Shown here: positions 11,980-23,000 of the stretch, in pieces | Layout of the letters: every line of letters begins with the position of its first letter | Numbering within the stretch: position 1 is the stretch's first letter | Assembly (NCBI GenBank): GCA_964016885.1 | Contig: OZ024746.1 | Location: forward strand, 101,680,001 to 101,744,000 | Source of the DNA: Eledone cirrhosa | Taxonomy: Eukaryota | Direction: 5' to 3' | Length of the DNA stretch: 64,000 bases | The notes under the pieces: generated by a model | The model's database searches: none | The model's input: the letters and a program-made list of their open reading frames with translations, nothing else | Told to the model about the DNA's origin: nothing | Position numbers and translations under genes: made by a program

Positions 11980-12481
11980 GGGTATCAAAAAATAAATATG
12001 GTATTTATAGGTCTCTACAAGTGGTAGGAGAGGGTGGGGAGTGGGATGGGTGCAGGTCATTGGTTGATAGAGAAGGGAATTCATTAAAAGCTAATTCTAC
12101 AAAGCTATAGTTTATTTTTATTTATTTATGTTTTTAGAGTAACAAGGGCAGACAGAATTCTATAAACAGGTTCCGGATGGCATACCATTCCTTGTCATTA
12201 AGTTTCTCTTAAGCTAACAGGTGTCTATAAAATCAGTGGGGGGTCAGTCATGGTCGATAGAATTAAAGAAAAGGGAGATTCTTTAAAAGCTAAAGTCATT
12301 AAGGTTCTACTAAGTGACAAAGGTCTAGAGAATTCTGCAGACAGATTCAAAATACTGAGTGCATATCTTACTATTATCTTCGAACTTCTCTTAAACTAAT
12401 CAACTATATGCCAAAAATCAACAGACACATTCACAAAAAAACAAAAAAACCACATACTCACTCACACACTTACGCGCAACC

Positions 12482-12529
<48 letters not shown>

Positions 12530-12913
12530 CTGTGTGTTAGTATATATATATAAAATATATCTGACTGTTGGTTTTCAATACACAAATGCTCCAAGATCTT
12601 TACACTCGTACATCAAGGAATGTTAATATTAACGTCTTAATAAACCTGTCCTACAACAATCACCCTGGTGCCTAACATCAATATTTTAAGTATTCAACGC
12701 AATTTAAAATTGGATCATTATTTTTTTATTTATCGTTTTTATCGACACAGAATTCATTACAGTAAAAAATCCTTAAATAATTTTCCCCAGGTAGCTGTAC
12801 AGGGGAGATAACTCTAGAAATCTTTCGTCAGATTTATTTTACTTGGTCTGATTTGTAAGGAAATAATTTGTAAACATGCAATAAATTGACTTTCTGATAT
12901 TACCTTGTTCATT

Positions 12914-13072
12914 GGTGGATTGGCAGTATCGGTAGAGGGTCGGACGCCATGCTTTGACGCATAGAGTTACGGCCCTTGCCATTCTGAGTTCAAATCCCGC
13001 CGAGGTTAACTTTGCCTTTCATCCTTACGGGGTCGATAAAATAAAGTACCAGTAATACACTGGATAATTGCT
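12914..13072 (+). mobile_element. tRNA-derived SINE
   Basis: ggtggattggcagtatcggtagaggg...gagttcaaatcccgccgagg...ggggtcgataaaataaagtaccag. Confidence 0.9.
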
Positions 13073-13324
13073 GATGTAAACTAACTTTTACTGCTGTCCC
13101 AGTTGATGAATTAATTACGTTAGAAATGTTTATATTTGTAAATTAATATTTTTATAGCAGTTTTGCTGTATTCAAACTTCTAGCAGTCATTTTCAACATT
13201 ATTTTTCAAACACAGCTACAAGGATATGATCCGAACATGAAAAGGCCGAACTCCCACTGTCATCGCCTCCATCTCTCTCTCCCTCCCCATCTCTCTGTAT
13301 AGTGAGAAAATGGGGTCCCACGTG

Positions 13325-13445
13325 CTGGCCTCCCCACAGCCCCGGTGGACAGAATGGAGAAGGTGTTTCCCCGGAGGATGGTGAGGGAGATGTGCTGGAA
13401 GAACCATTCCATCTCACGAGGCTCACACCTGGTGGTGAGTAGGGG
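13325..13445 (-). mobile_element. CRE-like non-LTR element, restriction-like endonuclease C-terminus fragment
   Basis: Minus frame reads TTRCEPREMEWFFQHISLTILRGNTFSIL, matching the (W/F)LFQRLSLAIQRGNA.S.L terminus of CRE-clade ORFs. Confidence 0.65.
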
Positions 13446-13609
13446 GGTAGCCCTAGGGCCAAAGACTTCTTTCCCAAACAGTTATAGATCTCAAACATAT
13501 CTCGTTCATTTTTCTTTACCCATTTATTAGGTTTAAGATGTTGATAAAATAAATTCTGCATCTTGAGAGGATCCAATCAGAAAGAAAATGATCTCACTGG
13601 ATCCCCAAA

Positions 13610-14680
13610 CTAGGTTATCAAATAACTATCTTTTCCAGTCTGTAGCGTTTGAGACATTTGATGGAGATGGGCTGCTCACAGCGAAGTTGTCCTCATTGTT
13701 AGCAGCTTCCCTTACCATGTCAGGTGATGTCTGTGAGGGTGCTTGGCTGTTTCAGCACCTTAGTCTCGCCATCACCTGGCCATATAGAGCTGTCAGGTGA
13801 TGCCTGTGAGGGTGCTTGGCTGTTTCAGCATCTTAGCTTCACCATCACCTGGCCATACAGAGGTGTCAGGTGATGTCTGTGAGGGAGCTTGGCTGTTTCA
13901 GCATCTTAGTCTCACCTTCACCTGGCCATACAGAGGTGTCAGGTGATGTCTGTGAGGGAGCTTGGCTGTTTCAGCATCTTAGCCTCACCATCACCTGGCC
14001 ATACAGAGGTGTCAGGTGATGTCTGTGAGGGAGCTTGGCTGTTTCAGCATCTTAGCCTCACCATCACCTGGCCATACAGAGGTGTCAGGTGATGTCTGTG
14101 AGGGAGCTTGGCTGTTTCAGCATCTTAGTCTCACCATCACCTGGCCATACAGAGGTGTCAGGTGATGTCTGTGAGGGAGCTTGGCTGTTTCAGCATCTTA
14201 GTCTCACCTTCACCTGGCCATACAGAGGTGTCAGGTGATGTCTGTGAGGGAGCTTGGCTGTTTCAGCATCTTAGCCTCACCATCACCTGGCCATACTGTG
14301 GTGTCAGGTGATGTCTGTGAGGGAGCTTGGCTGTTTCAGCATCTTAGCCTCACCATCACCTGGCCATACTGTGGTGTCAGGTGATGTCTGTGAGGGAGCT
14401 TGGCTGTTTCAGCATCTTAGCCTCACCATCACCTGGCCATACTGTGGTGTCAGGTGATGTCTGTGAGGGAGCTTGGCTGTTTCAGCATCTTAGCCTCACC
14501 ATCACCTGGCCATACAGAGGTGTCAGGTGATGTCTGTGAGGGAGCTTGGCTGTTTCGGCATCTTAGCCTCACCATCACCTGGCCATACTGTGGTGTCAGG
14601 TGATGTCTGTGAGGGTGCTTGGCTGTTTCAGCATCTTAGCCTCGCCATCACCTGTGGTAATACTGCCAGTGTGTTGACTT
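13610..14680 (+). mobile_element. CRE-like non-LTR endonuclease C-terminus interrupted by a minisatellite
   Basis: YLFQSVAFETF...SGDVCEGAWLFQHLSLAIT precedes the array and (C)GNTASVL follows it. Confidence 0.7.
13718..14654. repeat. 73-bp minisatellite (13 cores, 12 linkers) with hairpin-forming unit
   Basis: Unit tgtcaggtgatgtctgtgagggagcttggctgtttcagcatcttagcctcaccatcacctggccatacagagg; period 73 bp (13722, 13795, 13868). Confidence 0.97.
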
Positions 14681-15207
14681 ACCTCAAAATATTCCGTTGA
14701 CCTTGTGGTGTCATGTGTGACCGATTGTCGCACTTGGTCATTTTTGACTGTTTTTTTTTTTCTTTCCTTTTCTTATTCTCTCACTTTGATTGTATATTGG
14801 TGTATTATTGTGAGTATCGGTAGAGGGTTTGACGCCATGCTTTGCAGCACAGAGTTACGGCCCTTTGATCTTCAGAAAATAAAATATAAAACTCCCAATC
14901 TGAAAAAGCTTATGAATCATTTGGCACCTTGGAATGTCAACATTACAAAATGGTGCTGTATCTGTATTATCACTTTTTTTTAAAACTTTATAAACAGTCA
15001 ATATCAATTAATAATAGTAATATTGAGGTTTTATAATATTCATAAGAGAAAATTACTTCAAACGAAGGGGGTTTCCTTTGGGTATAGGTACGAAGGGGTA
15101 CAAACTGTCCTGTGACCTATCATGACTGGTAACTGGGGACACCAAAACTGTCCATGGCCCCAGGTTGTGACAGCCTTTTCATTAGTGTAAGATTTTATAT
15201 AATAAAT

Positions 15208-15650
15208 ACTAGACTAACCGTGACCCGTTGGGTTATGTTCACTTAAAAATAATTTTTAAATAGTTAAAATATACACAGATATATAATGTAAAATGAACTT
15301 GGAAGATCATTCTGTGTAAAGAAAGCTAAAATATAAATACTTACTGTACCAACAACTTGTATTTTCGAAATCACATTCACTTAAAAATATTTCTAAATAA
15401 TTAAAATATTCTGTTTAACAAAAGTAAAAATATAAACATTTACTGTAAAAACAAGTCGTATTTTTCAGTCATATTCACTTAAAATGTTTTTTTTTTAATA
15501 ATTAAAATATCGTCTATTTAAAGAAAGCTGGAATATAGATACTTAAAGTACAAATAACTTGTACTTTTGAAATCCTATTCACTTAAAAATAATTTTTAAA
15601 TAATTAAAATATACACAAACATGTATATAATGTGAAATGAAACTGGAAGG
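15208..15650 (+). mobile_element. Helitron-like element with four degenerate ~100-140-bp AT-rich internal repeats
   Basis: ACTAGAC..CCCGTTGGG start; ttcacttaaaa...taattaaaatat recurs at ~15238, 15376, 15474 and 15578. Confidence 0.45.
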
Positions 15651-15664
15651 CCCATATATATACG

Positions 15665-17833
15665 TGTGTATTGCTAGACAATGTGTCAAGGAAAACCGTG
15701 ATATTGTCGGGGAGAAGTGTGTCCGTAATGATAACAGTGAACTTGCCCTCACTGATACTGATAAGAAGATAGCCTGGAAGTGTCACTACGAGAGACTATT
15801 AAATGAGGAGAATAAATGGGAAAAAGATAGTCTGCCCCAAATCGATCCAATAGAAGGACCAGCGGTGCAAGTTAAAGGTAGTATAATAAGTAAGGCAATT
15901 AAAGATATGAAGACAGGCATGGCAGCTGGGCCTTCGGAGATAGTTGCTGAGTTGTTGAAGGCATCTGGAATGGTGGGACATACTATGGTCACCCGTATAA
16001 TTAACCAACTAATACAGAATGGGGTCATACCAAAAGACTGGCATAGCAGCAGCATCATTAACTGCTATAAGGGTAAAGTGGATGCTCTAGATTGGGGAAA
16101 CTATAGAGGCATTAAGTTAGTTGACCAGGTCATGAAGGTCACAGAAAGAATTATAGCGCAACTAATCACAGAGCGAATTGATCTAGATGAAATGCAGTTT
16201 GGGTTTGTGTCAGGTAAAAGTACCACAGACGCTCTTTTCCTTGTACAACAACTACAGGAGAAGTACCTAGCTAAATGTAAACCCCTATACTTAGCTTTTG
16301 TAGAGCTGGAGAAAGCCTTTGACAGAATCCCCCGCTCCATTATCTGGTGGGCTCTTAGAAAACTAGGTGTAGATGAATGGCTTGTGAGAGCTATACAAGC
16401 CATGTATAGAGGAACAGTCAGTAAGGTTAGAATTAACAATGAATATTGTGAAGAATTTAGTGTAAAAGTTGGTATTCATCAAGGCTCTGTCCTTAGCCCC
16501 CTCCTATTTATTATTGCCCTTCAGGCTATAACAGAGGAGTTCAAGACTGGCTGCCCATGGGAACTCCTATACGCAGATGATCTAACTCTCATAGCTGAAT
16601 CTATGGCTGAACTAGAGAATAAATTCCAAATATGGAAGCATGGCCTAGAATTAAAAGCCTTAAAGTTAACTTGTCTAAGACTAAAGTTCTAGTTTGTAGA
16701 AAGGAAAATAGGGCACATGTGCCCTCAGGGAAATGGCCATGCTCAGTGTGTAGGAATGGAGTAGGCAGAAATTCCATTTTATGTCCCAAATGCAAAGTAT
16801 GGGTACATAAAAGATGTAGTGGGATCACAGGTAAACTATCTAAGAACGTAGACTTTATATGTGGCCGATGCTTAGGTGCAATAAATAGCAAGTGTGCACA
16901 GGATACTAGCTCCTTCTATTGCCCAGATGGTTCTATAGAAATAGCGGACACTTTCCGTTACCTGGGTGACAAAATCAGCAGTGGTGGAGGGTGTTCTGAA
17001 AGTACAGTAACCAGAGTCAGAACGGGATGGAAAAAGTTCAGAGAGCTTGTACCGCTATTCACCACAAAAGGTTTCTCTATAAAAATGAAAGGAAGATTGT
17101 ATGATGCCTGTATACGAACAGCAATGCTACATGGCAGTGAGACATGAGCATTATGTGCAGAGGACCTGCGCAGACTGGAGAGGAACGAAGCATGCATGCT
17201 CCATTGGATGTGTAGTAGTAATATACGTGAACGGCAAAGCATAAGTGAACTAAGTGAGAAATTAGGAATAAGAGGGGTCAGATGCTGTTTACTTGCGAGA
17301 AGACTACGTTGGTATGGCCACGACATAAAAAAGTGCAGGGCAATCAAAATTGATGGAAGTTACAGAGTAGGTAGACCCAGAAAAACCTGGGACAATCTGA
17401 TAAATTCCGACCTTACACACTTGCACCTCTCTAAGAAAATATCACTGGACCGAGATCTTTGGCGCTAAGCAGTAATACAGAAGACCCACCTTGCCTATGT
17501 ACAAAGCGAAACCTACAGTCAATAGTCACCTCTTAACCGAATATACACCCCAATCCACTACCCCTACCCTATCCTCCCACGAGATCGTGTAGGTGTCACG
17601 ACAAAAACAACACACAGTCCACGCTGTAATGTGGCCGTGTAGGCAACACTGTAAAAAGTTCCCAGTTCCACACTGTAAATGTGGTTGGTGTTAGGAAGGG
17701 CATCCAGCCATAGAAAACCTGCCAGACAGTCCTATATGAGCGAGACATGGTCACCAGACCAACCTTGTCTCAAGTGGGACAACTCCCGTCTAACCCATGC
17801 TAGCGTGGAAGATGGATGTTAAACGAAGATGAT
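15665..17833 (+). mobile_element. RTE-clade LINE, 5'-truncated (RT, PHD-like finger, 3' UTR)
   Basis: ORFs 15637..16692, 16632..17147 and 17196..17468 carry NYRGIKL, QFGF, HQGSVLSP, LYADD, CSVC..C..C..WVH..C and LRWYGH. Confidence 0.95.
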
Positions 17834-17978
17834 GTGTGTATGTATATATATAAATGTGGGTGTTTGTATACATATATATATATATGTGTGTGTATATATA
17901 TATGTGTGTGTGTATATATATATGTGTGGGAGTCTGTGATCTATATACACTGGTCATAGACACAAACTCATATATATA

Positions 17979-18018
<40 letters not shown>

Positions 18019-18352
18019 ACAATACCACCAGCTCTCTCTTCCATTCTCCTTCTCTGTCTCTTCCTCTCTCTATGTCTCTCTTTCAATCTACTCTCTCATA
18101 ACCACTACCTCTCTCTTTCTCTCTCTCTCTCTCTCTGTTATGAAGGTACCCAGAAAACCTCGTATCTCGGCAACCCATGCTCCGATTTACGCAAAACTTG
18201 TTTTATTCCATTTGTATCCCCATTTCAGGGGCAACTTCCTTTCAAAGTATTTTCCCATTATGCACCCTTTTGGCTGTATTACATTACAGACAAGCAAGCA
18301 ATCACAGAGTTTTAGTAATATATAGATAGATAGTACAAAATTCTAAAGAAAA

Positions 18353-18536
18353 TAATTGTTTCTACTTTAGGCACAAGGCCAGCAATTACCCAGTGCATTA
18401 CTGGTACTTTATTTTATCGACCCCGTGCGGATGAAAGGCAAAGTCAACCTCGGCGGGATTTGAACTCAGATCGTAAAGGGACGTAACTATGCTGGAAAGC
18501 ATGGCGTCCAACCCTCTACCGATACTGCCAATCCAC
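18353..18536 (-). mobile_element. tRNA-derived SINE
   Basis: Nearly the same as 11524-11710. Confidence 0.9.
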
Positions 18537-18938
18537 AATTCTAAAGAAAATAATGATTTGTATTACTTCAGTTACACAAAATGAATATTTCAATAGTAAA
18601 TTAAAATATAAGTATGGGACTAGGGTGCCGGAAGTGCAGGGGAGGTCTTGCCAAAAGTGAGGGGCCAGTGACATATCAGAGTCCATGGGTCTTTCGTGCC
18701 TTGTTTGGTCAGGACACAGTACTGTGTGGATGTGCATGTTCATGAGTGCTATGATTGTGTGTGTGCGACTGTATTTTTTGGCTAGACATAAAACAAGTGA
18801 ACATCCACACAGGGAGATTCAGTTTGGACTCGAGTGGAGATGCAAAGGTAGGTTACTACACATCCCTACAACAAGCTATTTCAGCACCCTTCTGGTTTTT
18901 GGAACTGTTTTATTATTATTATTTATTTTCTCTTACTT

Positions 18939-19085
18939 TCTGAGTTCAAATCCCGCCGAGATTAACTTGGCCTTTCATCCTTACGGAGTTGATAAAATGA
19001 AGTACCAGTAACGTACTGGGGTCGATTTAATCGACTTTCCCCTCCCCCCAATTACAGTCCTTGTGCTTATAGTAGAAATCATTAT
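18939..19085 (+). mobile_element. SINE (5'-truncated) inserted in the Gypsy leader
   Basis: gagttcaaatcccgccgag...gcctttcatccttacggagttgataaaatgaagtaccag...agtagaaatcattatt. Confidence 0.85.
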
Positions 19086-20000
19086 TTACTTTCTCTGACC
19101 TCACAGACAATATGGCAATGAAAACAAGAATAGATAGCAATGGAGTGAAAACCTTCAGCAGTGAGGAGGATGTTATCTCCTGGAGTAGAAAGATAAAATT
19201 GGTCGCCACACTGCAAGGCATTAAAAATATGGCTGGCTTCATGGCACTATATCTTGATGGTGACACATTAGCATTATACCTTGAAATGAACCAGTAAAAC
19301 CAATTGAACGTGGAGAAGATAGAGCGGCGCCTTAATGAAGCATTCACTGAGGAATCTTATACTGCTTTTGGCAAGTGGGATGGACGGGAGAGCAGGTGGA
19401 TGTGTTCACAACGGAAATTTGGAGGTTGGCTACACTATCTGAATTCACAGGAGAGAATCTCGAAAGAGCTGTGCAGATGGTGTTTGTGAATGGTTTCCCT
19501 GAAGAAATTTTGGTGAGGCTCCAATAGTTGCCAGGCAACAAGAAATTAGTCATGAGTGAGTTAATCGGACAGGCCCATGTATTGACATGAGGCGTTGAGT
19601 GGAATGGTGTGGCATTAGCAGCAACAGAAGCCCATGGCAGTCAACAGTGATTGATCAATGACAAGGGGAGAAGAGCCACCATGAACACTTGGCCATGGGC
19701 ATTCAGGGGCCAGTGCTTCTGGTGTCAGGGTTCGCACATTGTGAGGGACTGCAAGGAGCTGAAGCCTGAAATAATTGGCTACTGACGTAAGCGGACAGGC
19801 CACATCATCAACAATTGTGACCAGGGAAACGGTCAAAGGGGAGGTACTGTGCCGGTAGCTACCCCTGGAAGCATGTAGAGGTACTCTTGCAGTTGCTGCC
19901 CATAGTGGGGGTGGGGCTATCATGGGCCATTGTGGACATTGGCTGCACAACAGCATTAGTGACCCTAGAGGTGCTTATAAAGTAGAGGGGATGAGTAGTA

Positions 20001-23000
20001 TGAGGGCAGTCAATGGCAGGGAGATGCAGAGGTAGGAGTAAGGGCAGTCAATGGCAGGGAGATGCAGAGGTAGGAGTAAGGGCAGTCAATGGCAGGGAGA
20101 TGCAGAGGTAGGAGTGAGGGCAGTCAATGGCAGGGATATGTAGAGGTAGAAGTAAGGGCAGTCAATAGCAGGGAGATGCAGAGGTAGGAGTAAGGGCAGT
20201 CAATAGCAGGGAGATGCAGAGGTAGGAGTAAGGGCAGTCAATGGCAGGGAGATGCAGAGGTAGGAGTAAGGGCAGTCAATGGCAGGGAGATGCAGAGGTA
20301 GGAGTGAGGGCAGTCAATGGCAGGGATATGTAGAGGTAGAAGTAAGGGCAGTCAATAGCAGGGAGATGCAGAGGTAGGAGTAAGGGCAGTCAATAGCAGG
20401 GAGATGCAGAGGTAGGAGTAAGGGCAGTCAATGGCAGGGAGATGCAGAGGTAGGAGTGAGGGCAGTCAATGGCAGGGAGATGCAGAGGTAGAAGTAAGGG
20501 CAGTCAATAGCAGGGAGATGCAGAGGTAGGAGTAAGGGCAGTCAATGGCAGGGAGATGCAGAGGTAGGAGTGAGGGCAGTCAATGGCAGGGATATGTAGA
20601 GGTAGAAGTAAAGGCAGTCAATAGCAGGGAGATGCAGAGGTAGATGTAAGGGCAGTCAATAGCAGGGAGATGCAGAGGTAGAAGTAAGGGCAGTCAATGG
20701 CAGGGAGATGCAGAGGTAGGAGTGAGGGCAGTCAATGGCAGGGAGATGCAGAGGTAGAAGTAAGGGCAGTCAATAGCAGGGAGATGCAGAGGTAGGAGTA
20801 AGGGCAGTCAATAGCAGGGAGATGCAGAGGTAGGAGTGAGGGCAGTAAATAGCAGAGAGATACAGAGGTAGGAGTGAGGGCAGTAAATAGCAGAGAGATG
20901 CAGAGGTAGGAGTGAGGGCAGTCAATGGCAGGGAGATGCAAAGGTAGGAGTGAGGGCAGTCAATGGCAGGGAGATGCAGAGGTAGAAGTAAGGGCAGTCA
21001 ATAGCAGGGAGATGCAGAGGTAGGAGTAAGGGCAGTCAATGGCAGGGAGATGCAGAGGTAGGAGGGCAGTCAATGGCAGGGAGATGTAGAGGTAGGAGTA
21101 AGGGCAGTCAATAGCAGGGAGATGCAGAGGTAGACGTAAGGGCAGTCAATGGCAGGGAGATGCAGAGGTAGACGTAAGGGCAGTCAATGGCAGGGAGATG
21201 CAGAGGTAGGAGTGAGGGCAGTCAATGGCAGGGAGATGCAGAGGTAGGAGTGAGGGCAGTAATGGCAGGGAGATGCAGAGGTAGGAGTGAGGGCAGTCAA
21301 TGGCAGGGAGATGCAAAGGTAGGAGTGAGGGCAGTCAATGGCAGGGAGATGCAGAGGTAGGAGTGAGGGCAGTCAATGGCAGGGAGATGCAGAGGTAGGA
21401 GTGAGGGCAGTCAATGGCAGGGAGATGCAGAGGTAGGAGTGAGGGCAGTCAATGGCAGGGAGATGCAGAGGTAGGGTAAGGGCAGTCAATGGCAGGGAGA
21501 TGCAGAGGTAGGGTAAGGGCAGTCAATGGCAGGGAGATGCAGAGGTAGGAGTAAGGGCAGTCAATGGCAGGGAGATGCAGAGGTAGGAGTAGGGCAGTCA
21601 ATGGCAGGGAGATGCAGAGGTAGGGTAAGGGCAGTCAATGGCAGGGAGATGCAGAGGTAGGAGTAAGGGCAGTCAATGGCAGGGAGATGCAGAGGTAGGA
21701 GTAGGGCAGTCAATGGCAGGGAGATGCAGAGGTAGGAGTGAGGGCAGTCAATGGCAGGGAGATGCAGAGGTAGGAGTAAGGGCAGTCAATGGCAGGGAGA
21801 TGCAGAGGTAGGAGTGAGGGCAGTCAATGGCAGGGAGATGCAGAGGTAGGGTAAGGGCAGTCAATGGCAGGGAGATGCAGAGGTAGGGTAAGGGCAGTCA
21901 ATGGCAGGGAGATGCAGAGGTAGGAGTAAGGGCAGTCAATGGCAGGGAGATGCAGAGGTAGGAGTAGGGCAGTCAATGGCAGGGAGATGCAGAGGTAGGG
22001 TAAGGGCAGTCAATGGCAGGGAGATGCAGAGGTAGGAGTAAGGGCAGTCAATGGCAGGGAGATGCAGAGGTAGGAGTAGGGCAGTCAATGGCAGGGAGAT
22101 GCAGAGGTAGGAGTGAGGGCAGTCAATGGCAGGGAGATGCAGAGGTAGAAGTAAGGGCAGTCAATAGCAGGGAGATGCAGAGGTAGGAGTGAGGGCAGTC
22201 AATGGCAGGGAGATGCAGAGGTAGGAGTAAGGGCAGTCAATGGCAGGGAGATGCAGAGGTAGGAGTAAGGGCAGTCAATGGCAGTGAGATGCAGAGGTAG
22301 GAGTGAGGGCAGTCAATGGCAGGGAGATGCAGAGGTAGGAGTAAGGGCAGTCAATGGCAGGGAGATGCAGAGGTAGGAGTAAGGGCAGTCAATGGCAGTG
22401 AGATGCAGAGGTAGGACGAGGGCAGTCAATGGCAGGGAGATGTAGAGGTAGAAGTAAGGGCAGTCAATAGCAGGGAGATGCAGAGGTAGGAGTAAGGGCA
22501 GTCAATAGCAGGGAGTAGCAGAGGTAGGAGTGAGGGCAGTCAATGGCAGGGAGATGCAGAGGTAGGGTAAGGGCAGTCAATGGCAGGGAGATGCAGAGGT
22601 AGGGTAAGGGCAGTCAATGGCAGGGAGATGCAGAGGTAGGAGTAAGGGCAGTCAATGGCAGGGAGATGCAGAGGTAGGAGTAGGGCAGTCAATGGCAGGG
22701 AGATGCAGAGGTAGGGTAAGGGCAGTCAATGGCAGGGAGATGCAGAGGTAGGAGTAAGGGCAGTCAATGGCAGGGAGATGCAGAGGTAGGAGTAGGGCAG
22801 TCAATGGCAGGGAGATGCAGAGGTAGGAGTGAGGGCAGTCAATGGCAGGGAGATGCAGAGGTAGGAGTAAGGGCAGTCAATGGCAGGGAGATGCAGAGGT
22901 AGGAGTGAGGGCAGTCAATGGCAGGGAGATGCAGAGGTAGGAGTGAGGGCAGTCAATAGCAGGGAGATGCAAAGGTAGGAGTGAGGGCAGTCAATAGCAG

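Noticed and set aside
13303-13434. Apparent plus-strand exon (pyrimidine tract-AG ... GTGAGT)
   Set aside because: The opposite strand encodes a CRE-like endonuclease terminus, which explains the segment.
13718-14654. CRISPR-like appearance (palindromic repeats with short linkers)
   Set aside because: The linkers are near-identical rather than unique spacers, there are no cas genes, and the context is eukaryotic. The same applies to the other arrays.
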